Shown: positions 9,473-19,781 of the stretch, piece after piece
How the letters are laid out: each line of letters starts with the position of its first letter
Position numbering within the stretch: the first letter of the stretch is position 1
Assembly (NCBI GenBank): GCA_030688115.1
Contig: JAUYIX010000094.1
Span: 1 to 26,019 of the forward strand
Length of the DNA stretch: 26,019 nucleotides
Source: a bacterium
GTDB lineage: Bacteria > Patescibacteriota > JAUYIX01
Reading direction: 5' to 3'
Notes under the pieces: generated by a model
The model's input: only the letters and a program-made list of their open reading frames with translations
The model's database searches: none
Told to the model about the DNA's origin: nothing
Program-made: the position numbers and the translations under genes

Positions 9473-10864
9473 TTACGACACAACCTCAACCGGTGTGCCG
9501 ATCGGCGCCCACTCGTAAATAAATTGCGCGTCCTCGATGCGAGCATTTACACAGCCGTGACTCATGGGCTGGCCAAAGTTGTTGTGCCAGTAGGCCTCGT
9601 GGATTGCGATCTCCGGCAAAAACCAGCTCGAGTAGTGCACGTTGGGTAGGTCATACCCGGGACCACGATAAGTCTGTACATACGTCTTATTATGAACAGC
9701 CCAGTTACCAACCGGTGTCGGGCCGGTCAGCCCGGTCGAGACCAAAAAACTTTTTACCAGCTGGCCATCCTCCCAGGCGTACAAACGCTGCTCGGACAAA
9801 ACCACACGGATTGATTTACCAAGATTGCTTGAAGGCGCAGCCGCCGCAGCAACGGCGATTTTCTCGGGTTCGGTCACCGCCGTTGGCAACACAACCGAGC
9901 GCTCGGCCAAACCTGAGGTCAGGGCCACCACGACCGCGGAATAGGCCCCCTCTTGGTCGACCACAAGGCCACGCTGCCCCTGCTCGACCACCGCATCGGT
10001 GTTGCCGATGACTTTAGTCGGTGTGGACGCCTGATCTTGCTCCCGCGCAATCCCCCGGATTTTTTTGCGGATCAAATCATCGTTCCAGGTAAAGCCGGAC
10101 TGACCGAGCGCAGGATCACCGGGTACGATCCAGGATCCGAGCTCTCCGGGACTTACCTCATAACCGGCTGAACCCGCCGTCAACGTCAGGCCACCGGTTA
10201 AAAGTTTGCCAAGCGTATTGGCTGCTTGCGCCAAATCAGCCTCAACAACGGTCGGCATACTCTCGACGCCCTGCAGAGTGATCGGTGCCGTGGACATACT
10301 ACCGGCGTGCCTGCCAAGCATCTGAGTAAAAACGGTTTGGCCAAAATTATAGCCGCTTTGGGACGGGCTGATTACAACAACACCGTCAGTCACATTTAGC
10401 CGGGCATCGACCGGCTCGCGCACTCGCGAGCCGGTGAGTTTTGCAAAAACAGCCGCGGCTCGTGTCTGATCGATAGTAAAAACCGGCTCGACCACGTGAT
10501 CGATCGGGGTAGTCACGACCGACCAGAGCGATTGCGGGGAGACGCTATCGATAATGCGTCCCTCACGTACTTTTTGTGAGGTCGCAATCGGGTCAAGAGC
10601 GATGCCGAGTTCTGCCGGCAAAAAAGAGCCCGCCTTAGACCAATCCAGCTCAATGGCTATCTCACGGCTCTGGTACTGAGCGATCACCTCTCTCGTCAGT
10701 TGCTCTAAATCCTGCGGGGTCGCCAAAGAGACATCCGTAGCACCTACATAAGTACTTGGCAGAACCCGCCCACGCATCTGGATCGCCGTGGCAACCACGG
10801 TCACTGCTCCGATTGCCAGCAGCAGACCCACTACGAGCCCGATTGTCCTTGTTTTGGTGTTTAT
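9473..10864 (-). CDS. L,D-transpeptidase (YkuD) with N-terminal anchor and peptidoglycan-binding-like domains
   Basis: C-terminal IRVVLSEQRLY...STG...TPVG...IAIHEAYW...SHGCVN. Start uncertain (GTG 10831 or ATA 10864). Confidence 0.88.
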   Translation of the reverse strand: MNTKTRTIGLVVGLLLAIGAVTVVATAIQMRGRVLPSTYVGATDVSLATPQDLEQLTREVIAQYQSREIAIELDWSKAGSFLPAELGIALDPIATSQKVREGRIIDSVSPQSLWSVVTTPIDHVVEPVFTIDQTRAAAVFAKLTGSRVREPVDARLNVTDGVVVISPSQSGYNFGQTVFTQMLGRHAGSMSTAPITLQGVESMPTVVEADLAQAANTLGKLLTGGLTLTAGSAGYEVSPGELGSWIVPGDPALGQSGFTWNDDLIRKKIRGIAREQDQASTPTKVIGNTDAVVEQGQRGLVVDQEGAYSAVVVALTSGLAERSVVLPTAVTEPEKIAVAAAAAPSSNLGKSIRVVLSEQRLYAWEDGQLVKSFLVSTGLTGPTPVGNWAVHNKTYVQTYRGPGYDLPNVHYSSWFLPEIAIHEAYWHNNFGQPMSHGCVNARIEDAQFIYEWAPIGTPVEVVS

Positions 10865-10899
10865 TTTGACTCCTTATTTTGGGAAGCTTGTGACTATGC

Positions 10900-10928
10900 A
10901 CTATACCAGACAAAAACGCGCTTGTCAA
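10900..10928 (-). promoter_or_regulatory. Sigma70-like promoter for the L,D-transpeptidase gene
   Basis: TTGACA-N17-TATAGT with TG extension. Confidence 0.75.
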
Positions 10929-10999
10929 GGTTTTTAAGGGCAAGTTAGACCAGCAAATGCGACACCCGGGCCAAGCTTAGGTTTAGATTTGAGAGCTAT

Positions 11000-11725
11000 T
11001 TATAGAGTAGCCGCAAAAGACCCAACCACATCCAGCGCATCTTGTGGCGGATTTGTTGAGTCCTCACTGTAAATCGAGATGCTATAGCCGTACCCATCCT
11101 TAATCAGATAGGTCACATTTGAGCCGCCCCCATATATGCCACCGGTGTAGGTTACGCGCTGCGCCGCAACCCCGTTTATCGTGAGTAACTCGATCGAAAT
11201 CACATCGTCCTCTTGACCAAACAAGGCGCTGTTGGCTTGGGCCTCAGCGGTACTTTGAGCCACCCAATCATCAAGTGATACAAAGACGTCCGCCTGCACA
11301 AAAACCTCAACCTTGGCTCCCCCGCCGCGCCAGACGGATGGCCCCTCGACCCCGACCGACTGGTCCGTGACATGTTCAACCGCAAAATGCGCACCACTAA
11401 CCTCGATCGCCTCCGCCAGGGTCGCATAGTCATCGATCGACGTATTACTCAAGGTCCAGCCCTCGGGATAGCGCAGCGTCTGGCCATGGGCTGAGGTGTA
11501 GGTCGCCCAGCCGCTATAATCCGCAACGCCGCTGACATCGCCTGTATTAATAAAATCCTCCGGAATCTCATGCGGATCATCCAGCGTATCAACAAGAGGA
11601 GCATTGTTTACCGGCAAGCCTGCCGGATCGTCATCCTGCGTAAGATTAAGCACCAATAATGTCACAGCGATTGCCAAGGCAATCAAACTCAGGATAAAAC
11701 CGCTGATCGCAAATCCTTTTGACAT
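11000..11725 (-). CDS. Membrane-anchored exported protein, PsbP-like fold suspected
   Basis: N-terminal TM helix, acidic linker, LRYPEGW motif, C-terminal beta-rich segment. Confidence 0.65.
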   Translation of the reverse strand: MSKGFAISGFILSLIALAIAVTLLVLNLTQDDDPAGLPVNNAPLVDTLDDPHEIPEDFINTGDVSGVADYSGWATYTSAHGQTLRYPEGWTLSNTSIDDYATLAEAIEVSGAHFAVEHVTDQSVGVEGPSVWRGGGAKVEVFVQADVFVSLDDWVAQSTAEAQANSALFGQEDDVISIELLTINGVAAQRVTYTGGIYGGGSNVTYLIKDGYGYSISIYSEDSTNPPQDALDVVGSFAATL

Positions 11726-11729
11726 GACG

Positions 11730-12113
11730 CTACTCTCCTTTATTTAATAATTTCTCGACTTTGGCGACTACCTCGGCCGGTGTAAAATGCGCCTTGATAA
11801 TATAATCGTTAGCGCCAAGCTTAAAGCCCTTATCGACATCATCTTTTTGCGATAGGTTGGTCAATAAAATCACGGGGATCTCGCTGAGCTCTTGATCGGC
11901 CTTGAGCGCCTTAAGCACATCAAAACCGCTTTTTTTAGGTAGAACAATATCAAGCAAAACCAGGTCCGGTTTGGTCTCTTTTATCATCCGTACCGCAGAG
12001 TCGCCGTCCTCGGCATGGGGCATCTCGTAGCCGGATAGATCAAATTTAGTCCGATACATGTCCGAGAGGAACAAATCGTCTTCTACTAAAAAGATAACTT
12101 TTTTGTCTGCCAT
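11730..12113 (-). CDS. Single-domain response regulator (CheY-like receiver)
   Basis: LVEDD, PDLVLLDIVLP, LLTN, DYIIK; start at MADKK. Confidence 0.92.
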   Translation of the reverse strand: MADKKVIFLVEDDLFLSDMYRTKFDLSGYEMPHAEDGDSAVRMIKETKPDLVLLDIVLPKKSGFDVLKALKADQELSEIPVILLTNLSQKDDVDKGFKLGANDYIIKAHFTPAEVVAKVEKLLNKGE

Positions 12114-12117
12114 GCGA

Positions 12118-13083
12118 TTAGTATACCAGGTGTGACAAACTATTGGCCAGTATTGGCAATTGGGGTTCGAGGTGTGGCCGCAGCTCCTCCGCAACCAGGG
12201 TCGTGGTCGGCATACGCCACTCGCGCGGCATTAATCCAAGCTGCTCAAAGACATGCTCCCTAAGCGCTGCCAGTCGTGAGCCGCCACCGACCAAGACCAG
12301 GTCATTAAGATGCGAGGGGTGCTCGGCCAGATGTCTAAAGAGGTCTTGCCACCAACGCTCTAAAAAAGTCGCCATAACCAGAGTGCTCTCCTCGGGCCAG
12401 GTGCGCGGATCACCGGCCAGCCTGCGCTTATGCTCCTCGCCATTATCACGCGTCCAACCATGCGCCAGCGCCAGCGCCTGCGTAAGGGCCTCGCTGCCGT
12501 AGGGTAGAGAGGCGCGTTGCACCAGCTCCCCGTGATCAAAAACAAACCAGCTTGTGGACTCGGCGCCAACGTCCAAGACACCGACGCGACCATCCCCCGC
12601 CACGCTGCGGCCCAAGGCGCTCGAGACATGTTGCAGGCCGATTAACTTTAGCCCGGCCGTATCGATTACCTGATGGTAAAAATCATAAACCCAGCGCGGA
12701 ATCGCAATCAGCCGATCATCGGACGGCCAGCATACCGCTACCGAGGCCAAACGCGGGTTAAGTTTTTGCAGGATGGTGTCGGCAGACGTGCCGGTTGCGA
12801 TCATGCAGACTTCGGTCTCGGACAAGGTCAAAACCACCTCGCTGCTTGAGATGTGCGCCGAGCGAGCCAACCGCTCAAGCGTAGCCACTAAGTCGGCCCG
12901 TCCGGCTTTATCGATACTGTAGGGCGCCACGCCAAAAGTCCGTACTACCGATCCGAGCGGTCCGTGTTCTACCTCAGCGAGCTTAAGCGAGTGCGCCCCA
13001 AAATCAACACCGACCATGCGTTTAGAGGAGTGCTTGCGTGGAGTAGTTTTTTTGGTCCGTGCTTTGGCGCGACGCTTGGTCAT
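12118..13083 (-). CDS. pilM: PilM-like actin-fold ATPase (type IV pilus assembly)
   Basis: VGVDFGAHSLKLAEV, VLDVGAEST, VLVGGGSRL; G-rich RBS before ATG 13083. Divergent and short. Confidence 0.7.
   Translation of the reverse strand: MTKRRAKARTKKTTPRKHSSKRMVGVDFGAHSLKLAEVEHGPLGSVVRTFGVAPYSIDKAGRADLVATLERLARSAHISSSEVVLTLSETEVCMIATGTSADTILQKLNPRLASVAVCWPSDDRLIAIPRWVYDFYHQVIDTAGLKLIGLQHVSSALGRSVAGDGRVGVLDVGAESTSWFVFDHGELVQRASLPYGSEALTQALALAHGWTRDNGEEHKRRLAGDPRTWPEESTLVMATFLERWWQDLFRHLAEHPSHLNDLVLVGGGSRLAALREHVFEQLGLMPREWRMPTTTLVAEELRPHLEPQLPILANSLSHLVY
12120..12128 (-). promoter_or_regulatory. Extended -10 promoter for the response regulator (probably leaderless)
   Basis: TG-G-TATACT ending 6 nt before ATG 12113. 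Confidence 0.55.
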
Positions 13084-13127
13084 AAGAAGTCCCCCCATTG
13101 TGCCATGATACGCGGGTAATGTGCCAC

Positions 13128-13155
13128 TTGACTCGCGGCGCTGCAGCGCTATCCT
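13128..13155 (+). promoter_or_regulatory. Putative lemA promoter
   Basis: TTGACT-N16-TATCCT. Confidence 0.45.
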
Positions 13156-13182
13156 GTCTACGTAATTTCTAAACCCCTCCTT

Positions 13183-13752
13183 ATGCTTACTCTTTGGATC
13201 ATTCTTGGCATCGTTATCTTGGTCGCGCTCTTTGCGATTGCCGTCTATAACCGCTTGATTGGCCTGCGTAACCAGGTCCGGGATGCCTGGAGCGGGATCG
13301 ATGTTCAGCTTAAGCGTCGCTACAACCTGATCCCGAATATGGTTGAGACGGTAAAAGGCTACGCCAAGCAAGAGAGCTCGGTGCTTGAGAATGTCACTAA
13401 GGCTCGTAACATGGCCGTTGCCGCCAAGACTCCGGCAGAACACGGCAAAGCCGAGAACATGCTGACCGATACTCTTAAGAGCTTGTTTGCGGTTGCCGAG
13501 GCCTACCCGGACCTCAAGTCCGACCAAAACTTTTTGGACCTGCAGCGAGAGCTATCCATGACCGAGGACAAAATCCAAGCCGCCCGCCGCTTTTACAACG
13601 GCACGGTGCGTGACTACAACACCAAGCTTGAAGTCTTCCCTAACAACCTCTTGGCCGGTACATTCCGGTTTAAAAAAGAGGAGTTCTTCCAGATTGAGGG
13701 GACGGAAGAGGAGATCAAAGAGCAAAAGGCCGTACCGGACGTTAAATTTTAG
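13183..13752 (+). CDS. lemA: LemA family protein
   Basis: AWSGIDVQLKRRYNLIPN, AVAEAYPDLK, ARRFYN, FPNNL. Confidence 0.96.
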   Translation: MLTLWIILGIVILVALFAIAVYNRLIGLRNQVRDAWSGIDVQLKRRYNLIPNMVETVKGYAKQESSVLENVTKARNMAVAAKTPAEHGKAENMLTDTLKSLFAVAEAYPDLKSDQNFLDLQRELSMTEDKIQAARRFYNGTVRDYNTKLEVFPNNLLAGTFRFKKEEFFQIEGTEEEIKEQKAVPDVKF

Positions 13753-13777
13753 TTTGCTTGCGCCAACTATCACAAAT

Positions 13778-13806
13778 GCGCGCACAAGTTGCGCGTTTTT
13801 GTTTTG
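13778..13806 (+). terminator. Terminator-like hairpin between lemA and htpX
   Basis: GCGCGCA-caagt-TGCGCGT followed by TTTTGTTTT. Confidence 0.5.
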
Positions 13807-13824
13807 ATGCGTAAAACTAACCAC

Positions 13825-14757
13825 ATGGCGACCGTCTATACACATATCAGATCCAATAAGTTTAAGAGCATCGTGATGGTGGTCTTGACGATGATCTTTG
13901 CCTTGGGCGTCGGTGCCATATTTGCCTACGCCGCCGATTACGGCCCGATCGCGATCGTTTTGGCTGCAGTGATTGGTGTCCCGATGACACTGACCGGATA
14001 CTTTGCCGGCGACAAGATTGCGCTGGCGGTTAATGGCGCCAAGCAGGTACAGCGCGAGACCAATCGTGACCTCTATAATGTGGTCGAGAATATCGCGATC
14101 ACCGCGGGCCTGCCCACGCCAAAAATATACATAATCCCGGATGAGGCCCCTAACGCCTTTGCGACCGGACGAGATCCGCGTCGCGCCTCAATCGCACTGA
14201 CGGCCGGTTTATTACGTTCACTCGATCAGCAAGAGCTGGAGGGTGTGGTCGCGCACGAGCTCGCTCACATCGGCGATTACGATACTCGTTACATGACGAT
14301 TGTCGCGGTCATGACCGGGCTGATCGTTTTGATGTCCGAGTATTTTTTGCGCTTTAGTTGGATCACGGGTGGAGGACGCCGGCGCAGCAGCAACGACTCC
14401 GGCAACGCGCAGGGTATTATTTTTTTGATTGGGATTGCCATCGCCATCCTGGCTCCGATTGTGGCTACCTTGACGCGCCTCGCCATTTCTCGGCGACGTG
14501 AGGCGCTGGCCGATGCCAAGGGGGCCGAGATAACGCGCCAGCCCGAGAGACTCGCCGACGCCCTGCTTAAAATCTCGCGCTACGATCGGCCAGCGCGCTT
14601 TGCCAATGCCGCCACCTCCCCGCTCTACTTTGCCGACGTATCAAAATTAAAAGGCAGCTCGTTTTTGAGCCGCATCTTGGCTGATCACCCTCCGGTCGAG
14701 GAGCGCGTCAACAACTTGTACCGGATGGCCGGTCTCAAGTCGCCGCTCGAGTCTTAG
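13825..14757 (+). CDS. htpX: HtpX-like M48 zinc metalloprotease
   Basis: PNAFATG, HELAH, RRREALAD, HPP; follows lemA. Confidence 0.93.
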   Translation: MATVYTHIRSNKFKSIVMVVLTMIFALGVGAIFAYAADYGPIAIVLAAVIGVPMTLTGYFAGDKIALAVNGAKQVQRETNRDLYNVVENIAITAGLPTPKIYIIPDEAPNAFATGRDPRRASIALTAGLLRSLDQQELEGVVAHELAHIGDYDTRYMTIVAVMTGLIVLMSEYFLRFSWITGGGRRRSSNDSGNAQGIIFLIGIAIAILAPIVATLTRLAISRRREALADAKGAEITRQPERLADALLKISRYDRPARFANAATSPLYFADVSKLKGSSFLSRILADHPPVEERVNNLYRMAGLKSPLES

Positions 14758-15221
14758 TCTGCGATCGTCTCAAACCGATCCAATAGTGACCCAACCGTGT
14801 CGTTAGAAAAACCACGTGACAACAAAAAACGCACAACTTTTTCTCGTTGGCGCTCGGGCGAAGTGTTTTGCAGTGCGGTCGTTGCAAGTTTGCGACGAGC
14901 AAGTTGCTCGGCAAGTCGCTGTTCTACCTGCTGATCAACCACAACCAAGGCTTGATCGATATCAGCCTGCGTAAACTTTTTGAGATACATGCGCCGGGCG
15001 ATGCCGCGCTTACCCATCGGCTTGTAGTCGAGATGGTACTGCACAAAGTCACGCGCGAGCCGGCTATCATCCAGATGCCGGTCGGCGCGCAGCTGATCAA
15101 GCGTTGCCGCGATCTCGTCATCATCAAAGCTCTTACGTTTAAGCTTTTGTGCAAGCTCGCCCTCAGAGTGAGGTCGACGCACCAGGATCCGCAAGGCGGC
15201 CTCGTAGGCGGTGTCTTTCAT
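14754..15221 (-). CDS. recX: Regulatory protein RecX
   Basis: AALRILVRRPHSEGELAQKL, LDDSRLA, FLLSRGF. Confidence 0.88.
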   Translation of the reverse strand: MKDTAYEAALRILVRRPHSEGELAQKLKRKSFDDDEIAATLDQLRADRHLDDSRLARDFVQYHLDYKPMGKRGIARRMYLKKFTQADIDQALVVVDQQVEQRLAEQLARRKLATTALQNTSPERQREKVVRFLLSRGFSNDTVGSLLDRFETIAD

Positions 15222-15310
15222 GCCTCCATCCTAACGCACAAACCTTAAAAAAGGATTAGCGGTTCATACCTTTTACACGTATGTGCGCTAAGGTGTAGCA
15301 TGTCAAATCC

Positions 15311-17740
15311 ATGGAAACCTCAATTACCGCTAAATTCTCGAGTCGCCTGAGGCAGGTGCTTGTGGCCGCAGAAGAGACCGCTGAGTCATTAGGGCACGCT
15401 GTAGTCGATACTGACCATTTGTTGCTGACCCTGCGCATCCATAAAGGATCGGTCGCTGCTGAGATCTTAAAAAGTGGTGATATCTCGGTAGAACGGCTCC
15501 GGGCCAACGTGCAAAAAAATCATGCCTCTAAGACGGGAGGTGCTCAGACCCCGCTCTACACCGGCCAAGCCAAGCGCGCCGTTATCAAAGCAACCTGGAC
15601 GGCCGGCCAAAATCGGCACCACTTTGTCGGGACCGAGCATTTGCTGGCCGCGCTTCTCTCGCAACGAGACAGTCAGGCCAAAAAAGTTTTGAGCGAGCTC
15701 AAGGTCAATGTGTCGCGGATCCGTCACCAGCTTAGATTGGTTTTGCGTGGGACGACAAATTTTCCTGATATTACCGAGACGCTGCAACTGCGCTCGGCCC
15801 CGGTACCGACCGGCGACAAAACGCGCACTCCCCTGTTGGATGAATTTGGCCTGGACCTTAACGCTCACGCGGCAGAACATAAAATCGATCCGGTGATCGG
15901 TCGCAGCACCGAGCTGGCCCGCATCGTCGATGTACTTGAGCGCCGTACAAAAAACAACGTGATGTTGGTGGGCGAGCCCGGTGTCGGTAAAACCGCAATC
16001 ATCGAGGGGCTGGCCTACGCGATCGTGCATGGGCAGGTTACCAAACCGCTGGCTGACAAACGCATTGTTCAGCTGGATATGGCCGGCCTGCTCTCGGGAA
16101 CCTCCTATCGGGGAGATTTTGAGGAGCGTTTGCGCTGTCTGCTTGAGGAGGTGCAACGCGCCGGCAACGTTATTATTTTTATTGATGAGATCCATACTAT
16201 TGTCGGGACGGGCAGCGTGGGCGGCTCGCTCGATACCGCCAACATGCTTAAAACCGCTCTGGCCAAAGGCGCGATCCGTATTATCGGTGCGACGACTCCT
16301 CAGGAGTTTAAACAGCACATCGAGCGCGACCCCGCTCTGGAGCGCCGCTTTTTGCGGGTTGCGGTCCCTGAGCTGACCGTGCACGAGACGCTGCGTGTGC
16401 TTAAGGAGGCCGGCCCACTCTACGAGCAGTTCCATGGGGTGCGGGTAAGTCCGGAGGCCCAGCAGGCCGCGGTAGAACTCTCGGTCAGATACTTGCCGGA
16501 GCGTTTTTTACCGGACAAAGCGCTTGATTTGATTGATGAGGCCATGTCGCACGCCAAGGTGCGCTCGCTCGCCGAGACGTCAGCGCACGCGACCTCCGAG
16601 CAACAAGTCTCTAACCTCGAAATCAGGACCGAGCGCCTGATCCAACAAGAGCGTTACGATGAGGCGCTGCGCCAACGACACCAGATCGCTCGCTTGCGGG
16701 TGCGCACTCAACCCAAGATCGCCGCCCGGGCCACGCCGCTGGTCACACCCGATGATGTCGCCGCGATCGTAGCACGCACCACGTCGATACCGGTTGAGCA
16801 AATTATGCATACGGATGGCCAGCGGCTGGCGGCCCTCGAGCGCACACTACGCAAAAATATTATTGGCCAACGACATGCAATCACTGCGGTCGTCGATACG
16901 CTTTTACGCTCGCGGAGTGGCATCGCCGATCCTAAGCGGCCGCTCGGGACATTTTTGTTTATGGGTCCATCCGGTGTTGGCAAAACAGAACTGACCAAGC
17001 AACTGGCCCAAACATACTTTGGTCGGTCCGAGGCGTTTATCCGACTGGACATGTCCGAGTTTGGTGAGCGCCACATGGTCTCGCGACTGCTCGGTTCTCC
17101 CCCGGGATACATCGGCTACGGAGAGGGCGGGCGCTTGACCGAGGCGGTCCGTCGCACTCCTTATAGCGTGGTCCTTTTTGATGAGATTGAAAAAGCCCAC
17201 CCCGAGATTTTAAATATCTTGCTGCAACTTTTTGAGGAGGGACAATTGACTGATGCCGGCGGTAAAACCGTAGACTTTAAAAATACGATCTGCGTGCTGA
17301 CCAGTAATATCGGCAACCGGTATGGTGGCCGCGGTGAGCTGATCGGGTTTACCCAAAACGGCAAAGTCTCTCCGGTTAAACATCGCGAGCTTGATCTTAA
17401 ACGCGCTTTGCAAGATCAGCTGCGGCCGGAGTTATTGGGACGCATCGATAAAGTGCTGGCTTTTCATCCGCTCACTGAGGCAGAACTCCGACGAGTTTTT
17501 ACAATGGAGATTGCTAAGCTCACCAAGCGGCTGCCAAAACAAGTCAAACTCTCGATCGATCCGGCTGTTCTTACAAAAGCTTTGCGTGAGCGTAATCCGG
17601 ACACGGGTGCTCGTTTTATCCGGACTTTTATTCAGGACCATATCGAGCCCCAATTGGCCCGCCAGCGGATTGCACGTCCCGAGCTGCAGAGCCTATGCGT
17701 CCGCGTCGATCAAGAAAAGATCGTCCTAAGCGCTACATAG
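15311..17740 (+). CDS. clpC: ATP-dependent Clp protease ATP-binding subunit (ClpC-like)
   Basis: Two Clp-N repeats, [15 protein letters not shown]-like middle domain, [17 protein letters not shown] loop. Confidence 0.94.
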   Translation: METSITAKFSSRLRQVLVAAEETAESLGHAVVDTDHLLLTLRIHKGSVAAEILKSGDISVERLRANVQKNHASKTGGAQTPLYTGQAKRAVIKATWTAGQNRHHFVGTEHLLAALLSQRDSQAKKVLSELKVNVSRIRHQLRLVLRGTTNFPDITETLQLRSAPVPTGDKTRTPLLDEFGLDLNAHAAEHKIDPVIGRSTELARIVDVLERRTKNNVMLVGEPGVGKTAIIEGLAYAIVHGQVTKPLADKRIVQLDMAGLLSGTSYRGDFEERLRCLLEEVQRAGNVIIFIDEIHTIVGTGSVGGSLDTANMLKTALAKGAIRIIGATTPQEFKQHIERDPALERRFLRVAVPELTVHETLRVLKEAGPLYEQFHGVRVSPEAQQAAVELSVRYLPERFLPDKALDLIDEAMSHAKVRSLAETSAHATSEQQVSNLEIRTERLIQQERYDEALRQRHQIARLRVRTQPKIAARATPLVTPDDVAAIVARTTSIPVEQIMHTDGQRLAALERTLRKNIIGQRHAITAVVDTLLRSRSGIADPKRPLGTFLFMGPSGVGKTELTKQLAQTYFGRSEAFIRLDMSEFGERHMVSRLLGSPPGYIGYGEGGRLTEAVRRTPYSVVLFDEIEKAHPEILNILLQLFEEGQLTDAGGKTVDFKNTICVLTSNIGNRYGGRGELIGFTQNGKVSPVKHRELDLKRALQDQLRPELLGRIDKVLAFHPLTEAELRRVFTMEIAKLTKRLPKQVKLSIDPAVLTKALRERNPDTGARFIRTFIQDHIEPQLARQRIARPELQSLCVRVDQEKIVLSAT

Positions 17741-17785
17741 CTCAGGCTTAATCTTTTGTTAAGGTGGAGCTGCTAGATCGCAGGG

Positions 17786-18511
17786 GTGCGTACACTTTTG
17801 TTATCCGCCAAACAAACGGCCTTTGATTACCTAAGCCCACCCTGCTGTGTTGCCTGCAAGCGCGGCAGCGTATGGCTTTGTCGTGCTTGTAATCTGGCTC
17901 TCGGTGATCCCCCGGAGCTGGTTTGTCCGGCTTGCCTGCACGACCAGGAGCGGGGGCTACTCTGCGCGCGCTGTACCGCTCTAAACGCGCCACTTGAGCA
18001 ACTCATCTCGGCATACACTTATGAGTCGCGGGTGTTCCACAAACTTTTAGCGCGCTATAAAGAGCGCGGTTTACAGGCCATGCGTCCGCTGCTGGTGCGT
18101 CGGCTGGTCCAGCAACTTTGTGTGGCCGGGCTCGAGCAGCGCAAACCCGTGTTGGTACATGTACCGTGTAGCCGCGCAAGAATACGCCAGCGCGGTTTTG
18201 ATCAAGCGGCAGCATTGGCGGCGGGGTTGGCCAAGCAAACGGGGCTCAAACACGCAGCGCTACTGGGGCGCATTAAGTCTCGCTCCAAGCCGCAAAAGAA
18301 TCTTACGGTCTTGACCAGGCGCGCAAATGCCAAGGGGCTCTACGCGGTTCTGCCATCAGAGGATCTGCAGATAGCACGGCTCAGGGGTGTTTTGCTTGTT
18401 GATGATGTGGCCACCAGCCTGGCGACGCTGGAGACTTGCGCCATGCAATTACGCCGGGCGGGGATCCGGGACGTCAGAGCTGTGGTGCTGGCCTATGCGG
18501 CGTTGACGTAA
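17786..18511 (+). CDS. comF: ComF family protein (double zinc ribbon + PRTase)
   Basis: Four CxxC pairs, RQRGFDQA, LLVDDV. Confidence 0.88.
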   Translation: MRTLLLSAKQTAFDYLSPPCCVACKRGSVWLCRACNLALGDPPELVCPACLHDQERGLLCARCTALNAPLEQLISAYTYESRVFHKLLARYKERGLQAMRPLLVRRLVQQLCVAGLEQRKPVLVHVPCSRARIRQRGFDQAAALAAGLAKQTGLKHAALLGRIKSRSKPQKNLTVLTRRANAKGLYAVLPSEDLQIARLRGVLLVDDVATSLATLETCAMQLRRAGIRDVRAVVLAYAALT

Positions 18512-18542
18512 AGGCTCAAGGTCGGTACGCTCAGGTCTATTA

Positions 18543-18638
18543 GGTGAGGTACTCAAGTGGCCGAAGAGGCGGGTTTGCTAAACCTGTAGGGCGCAGCTTC
18601 ACTGCGCCGCGAGGGTTCGAATCCCTCCCTCACCGCCA
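18543..18638 (+). tRNA. tRNA-Ser(GCT)
   Basis: Acceptor GGTGAGG/CCTCACC, anticodon loop TT-GCT-AA, long variable arm, GGTTCGAATCC, G discriminator + encoded CCA. Confidence 0.96.
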
Positions 18639-18648
18639 GTGATCCGTA
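18635..18648 (+). repeat. GCCAGTGATCCGTA motif, copy 1
   Basis: 3' end and trailer of tRNA-Ser(GCT). Confidence 0.9.
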
Positions 18649-18756
18649 TGATCCGTTCCCCATTAGGCGGACACACAAAGCACAGTGAGAACGATGTTCC
18701 TGGACTTGCGCAGACTTACCTGGCCCGTTTTGCACTTGTGCGCCGGGTTATTTGCC

Positions 18757-18765
18757 TGCTACAAT
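18757..18765 (+). promoter_or_regulatory. Extended -10 promoter for the LAGLIDADG-tRNA transcript
   Basis: TG-C-TACAAT ending 8 nt before ATG 18774. Confidence 0.55.
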
Positions 18766-18773
18766 AGACCCAC

Positions 18774-19781
18774 ATGGACGATAGAGCTGTGCTCCTGAGG
18801 GGGAAGCAGCGAGCGTTCATCCAACAATGCGTCAGTAACTCAGGTAAAAGCCTGGGCGCTCTTGCATCTGAGTTACATGTTTGTGGGCGAACCCTCAGAG
18901 ATTGGCGACGAGAAAAATACTCGATCTCAAAACCGGCGCTGCAACTATTATCACGTGAATATCATGTCCCGATACCAGCCGGCACACGGTTCAAAAGGGC
19001 TTACCATCACACGCCGCGTGCCGGTCGCCTTGGCTGGAATGTCATTGTCACAAGATATGGAAAAATGCCCCGTGACCCACTGGCGCAAAGGCAAGGATGG
19101 TTGCGTTGGTGGAACAATCTCAGCGAAGCAGAAAAGGCAGATCATTTGCCGCAGTATTTGGCGCGAGATATCGCCATTCCGGACAAAGATGAATCACTAG
19201 CTGAATTAATCGGGATCATTCTCGGCGACGGCAGTGTTTCACGTTTCCAAGTATGCATTTCGCTAGGAAGTGAAACTGATTACGCATACGTACCGATTGT
19301 GGCGAAACTTATTAAGAATGCTTTTGACGTAAATGCGAGCATTTATCGAAATCAAAATGTGTTGAATATTGTTGTCTCACGCAGAAATATTGTGAAATTT
19401 CTTCTGGGCCAAGGGCTTGTTCTAGGCGATAAAGTACGTCAACAGGTGGGCGTGCCCACTTGGATACAAAACAACAAAAAGAGCGCGCTTGCGTGTGTGC
19501 GCGGATTAATGGACACCGACGGATGTATTTTCCAAGAAACGCACTTCTACAAAACTAAATCATATTCATATCCCCGACTTTCTTTTGTTAATCACAGCGC
19601 ACCACTCAGAGAATTTGTGTTTGCGGTTTTGCGAAAAGCAGGTATCATGGCTCGGTTTCGCAACAATAGAGCAGTTACTGTTGAAAGGCGCGAGGATGTT
19701 GTGAAATACAAACTTATTGTAGGATTCAGCAATCCCAAGCATGATCTTAGGTATCGTAGGTTTCTGGGAGGGGTCGCATAG
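18774..19781 (+). CDS. Double-motif LAGLIDADG endonuclease-like protein with N-terminal HTH
   Basis: LAELIGIILGDGS and CVRGLMDTDGC motifs; the stop codon lies inside tRNA-Ser(TGA). Confidence 0.88.
   Translation: MDDRAVLLRGKQRAFIQQCVSNSGKSLGALASELHVCGRTLRDWRREKYSISKPALQLLSREYHVPIPAGTRFKRAYHHTPRAGRLGWNVIVTRYGKMPRDPLAQRQGWLRWWNNLSEAEKADHLPQYLARDIAIPDKDESLAELIGIILGDGSVSRFQVCISLGSETDYAYVPIVAKLIKNAFDVNASIYRNQNVLNIVVSRRNIVKFLLGQGLVLGDKVRQQVGVPTWIQNNKKSALACVRGLMDTDGCIFQETHFYKTKSYSYPRLSFVNHSAPLREFVFAVLRKAGIMARFRNNRAVTVERREDVVKYKLIVGFSNPKHDLRYRRFLGGVA

Noticed and set aside
13084-13527. Track's long N-terminus of pilM
   Set aside because: Overlaps lemA on the opposite strand; non-conserved shadow sequence.
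15467-16435. 322-aa antisense ORF and other long shadow ORFs within clpC, ligA, gatA and the membrane protein gene
   Set aside because: Antisense or alternate-frame shadows of well-supported GC-rich genes.
18553-18735. ORFs antisense to the tRNAs (also 19592-19885)
   Set aside because: Explained by the tRNA genes.
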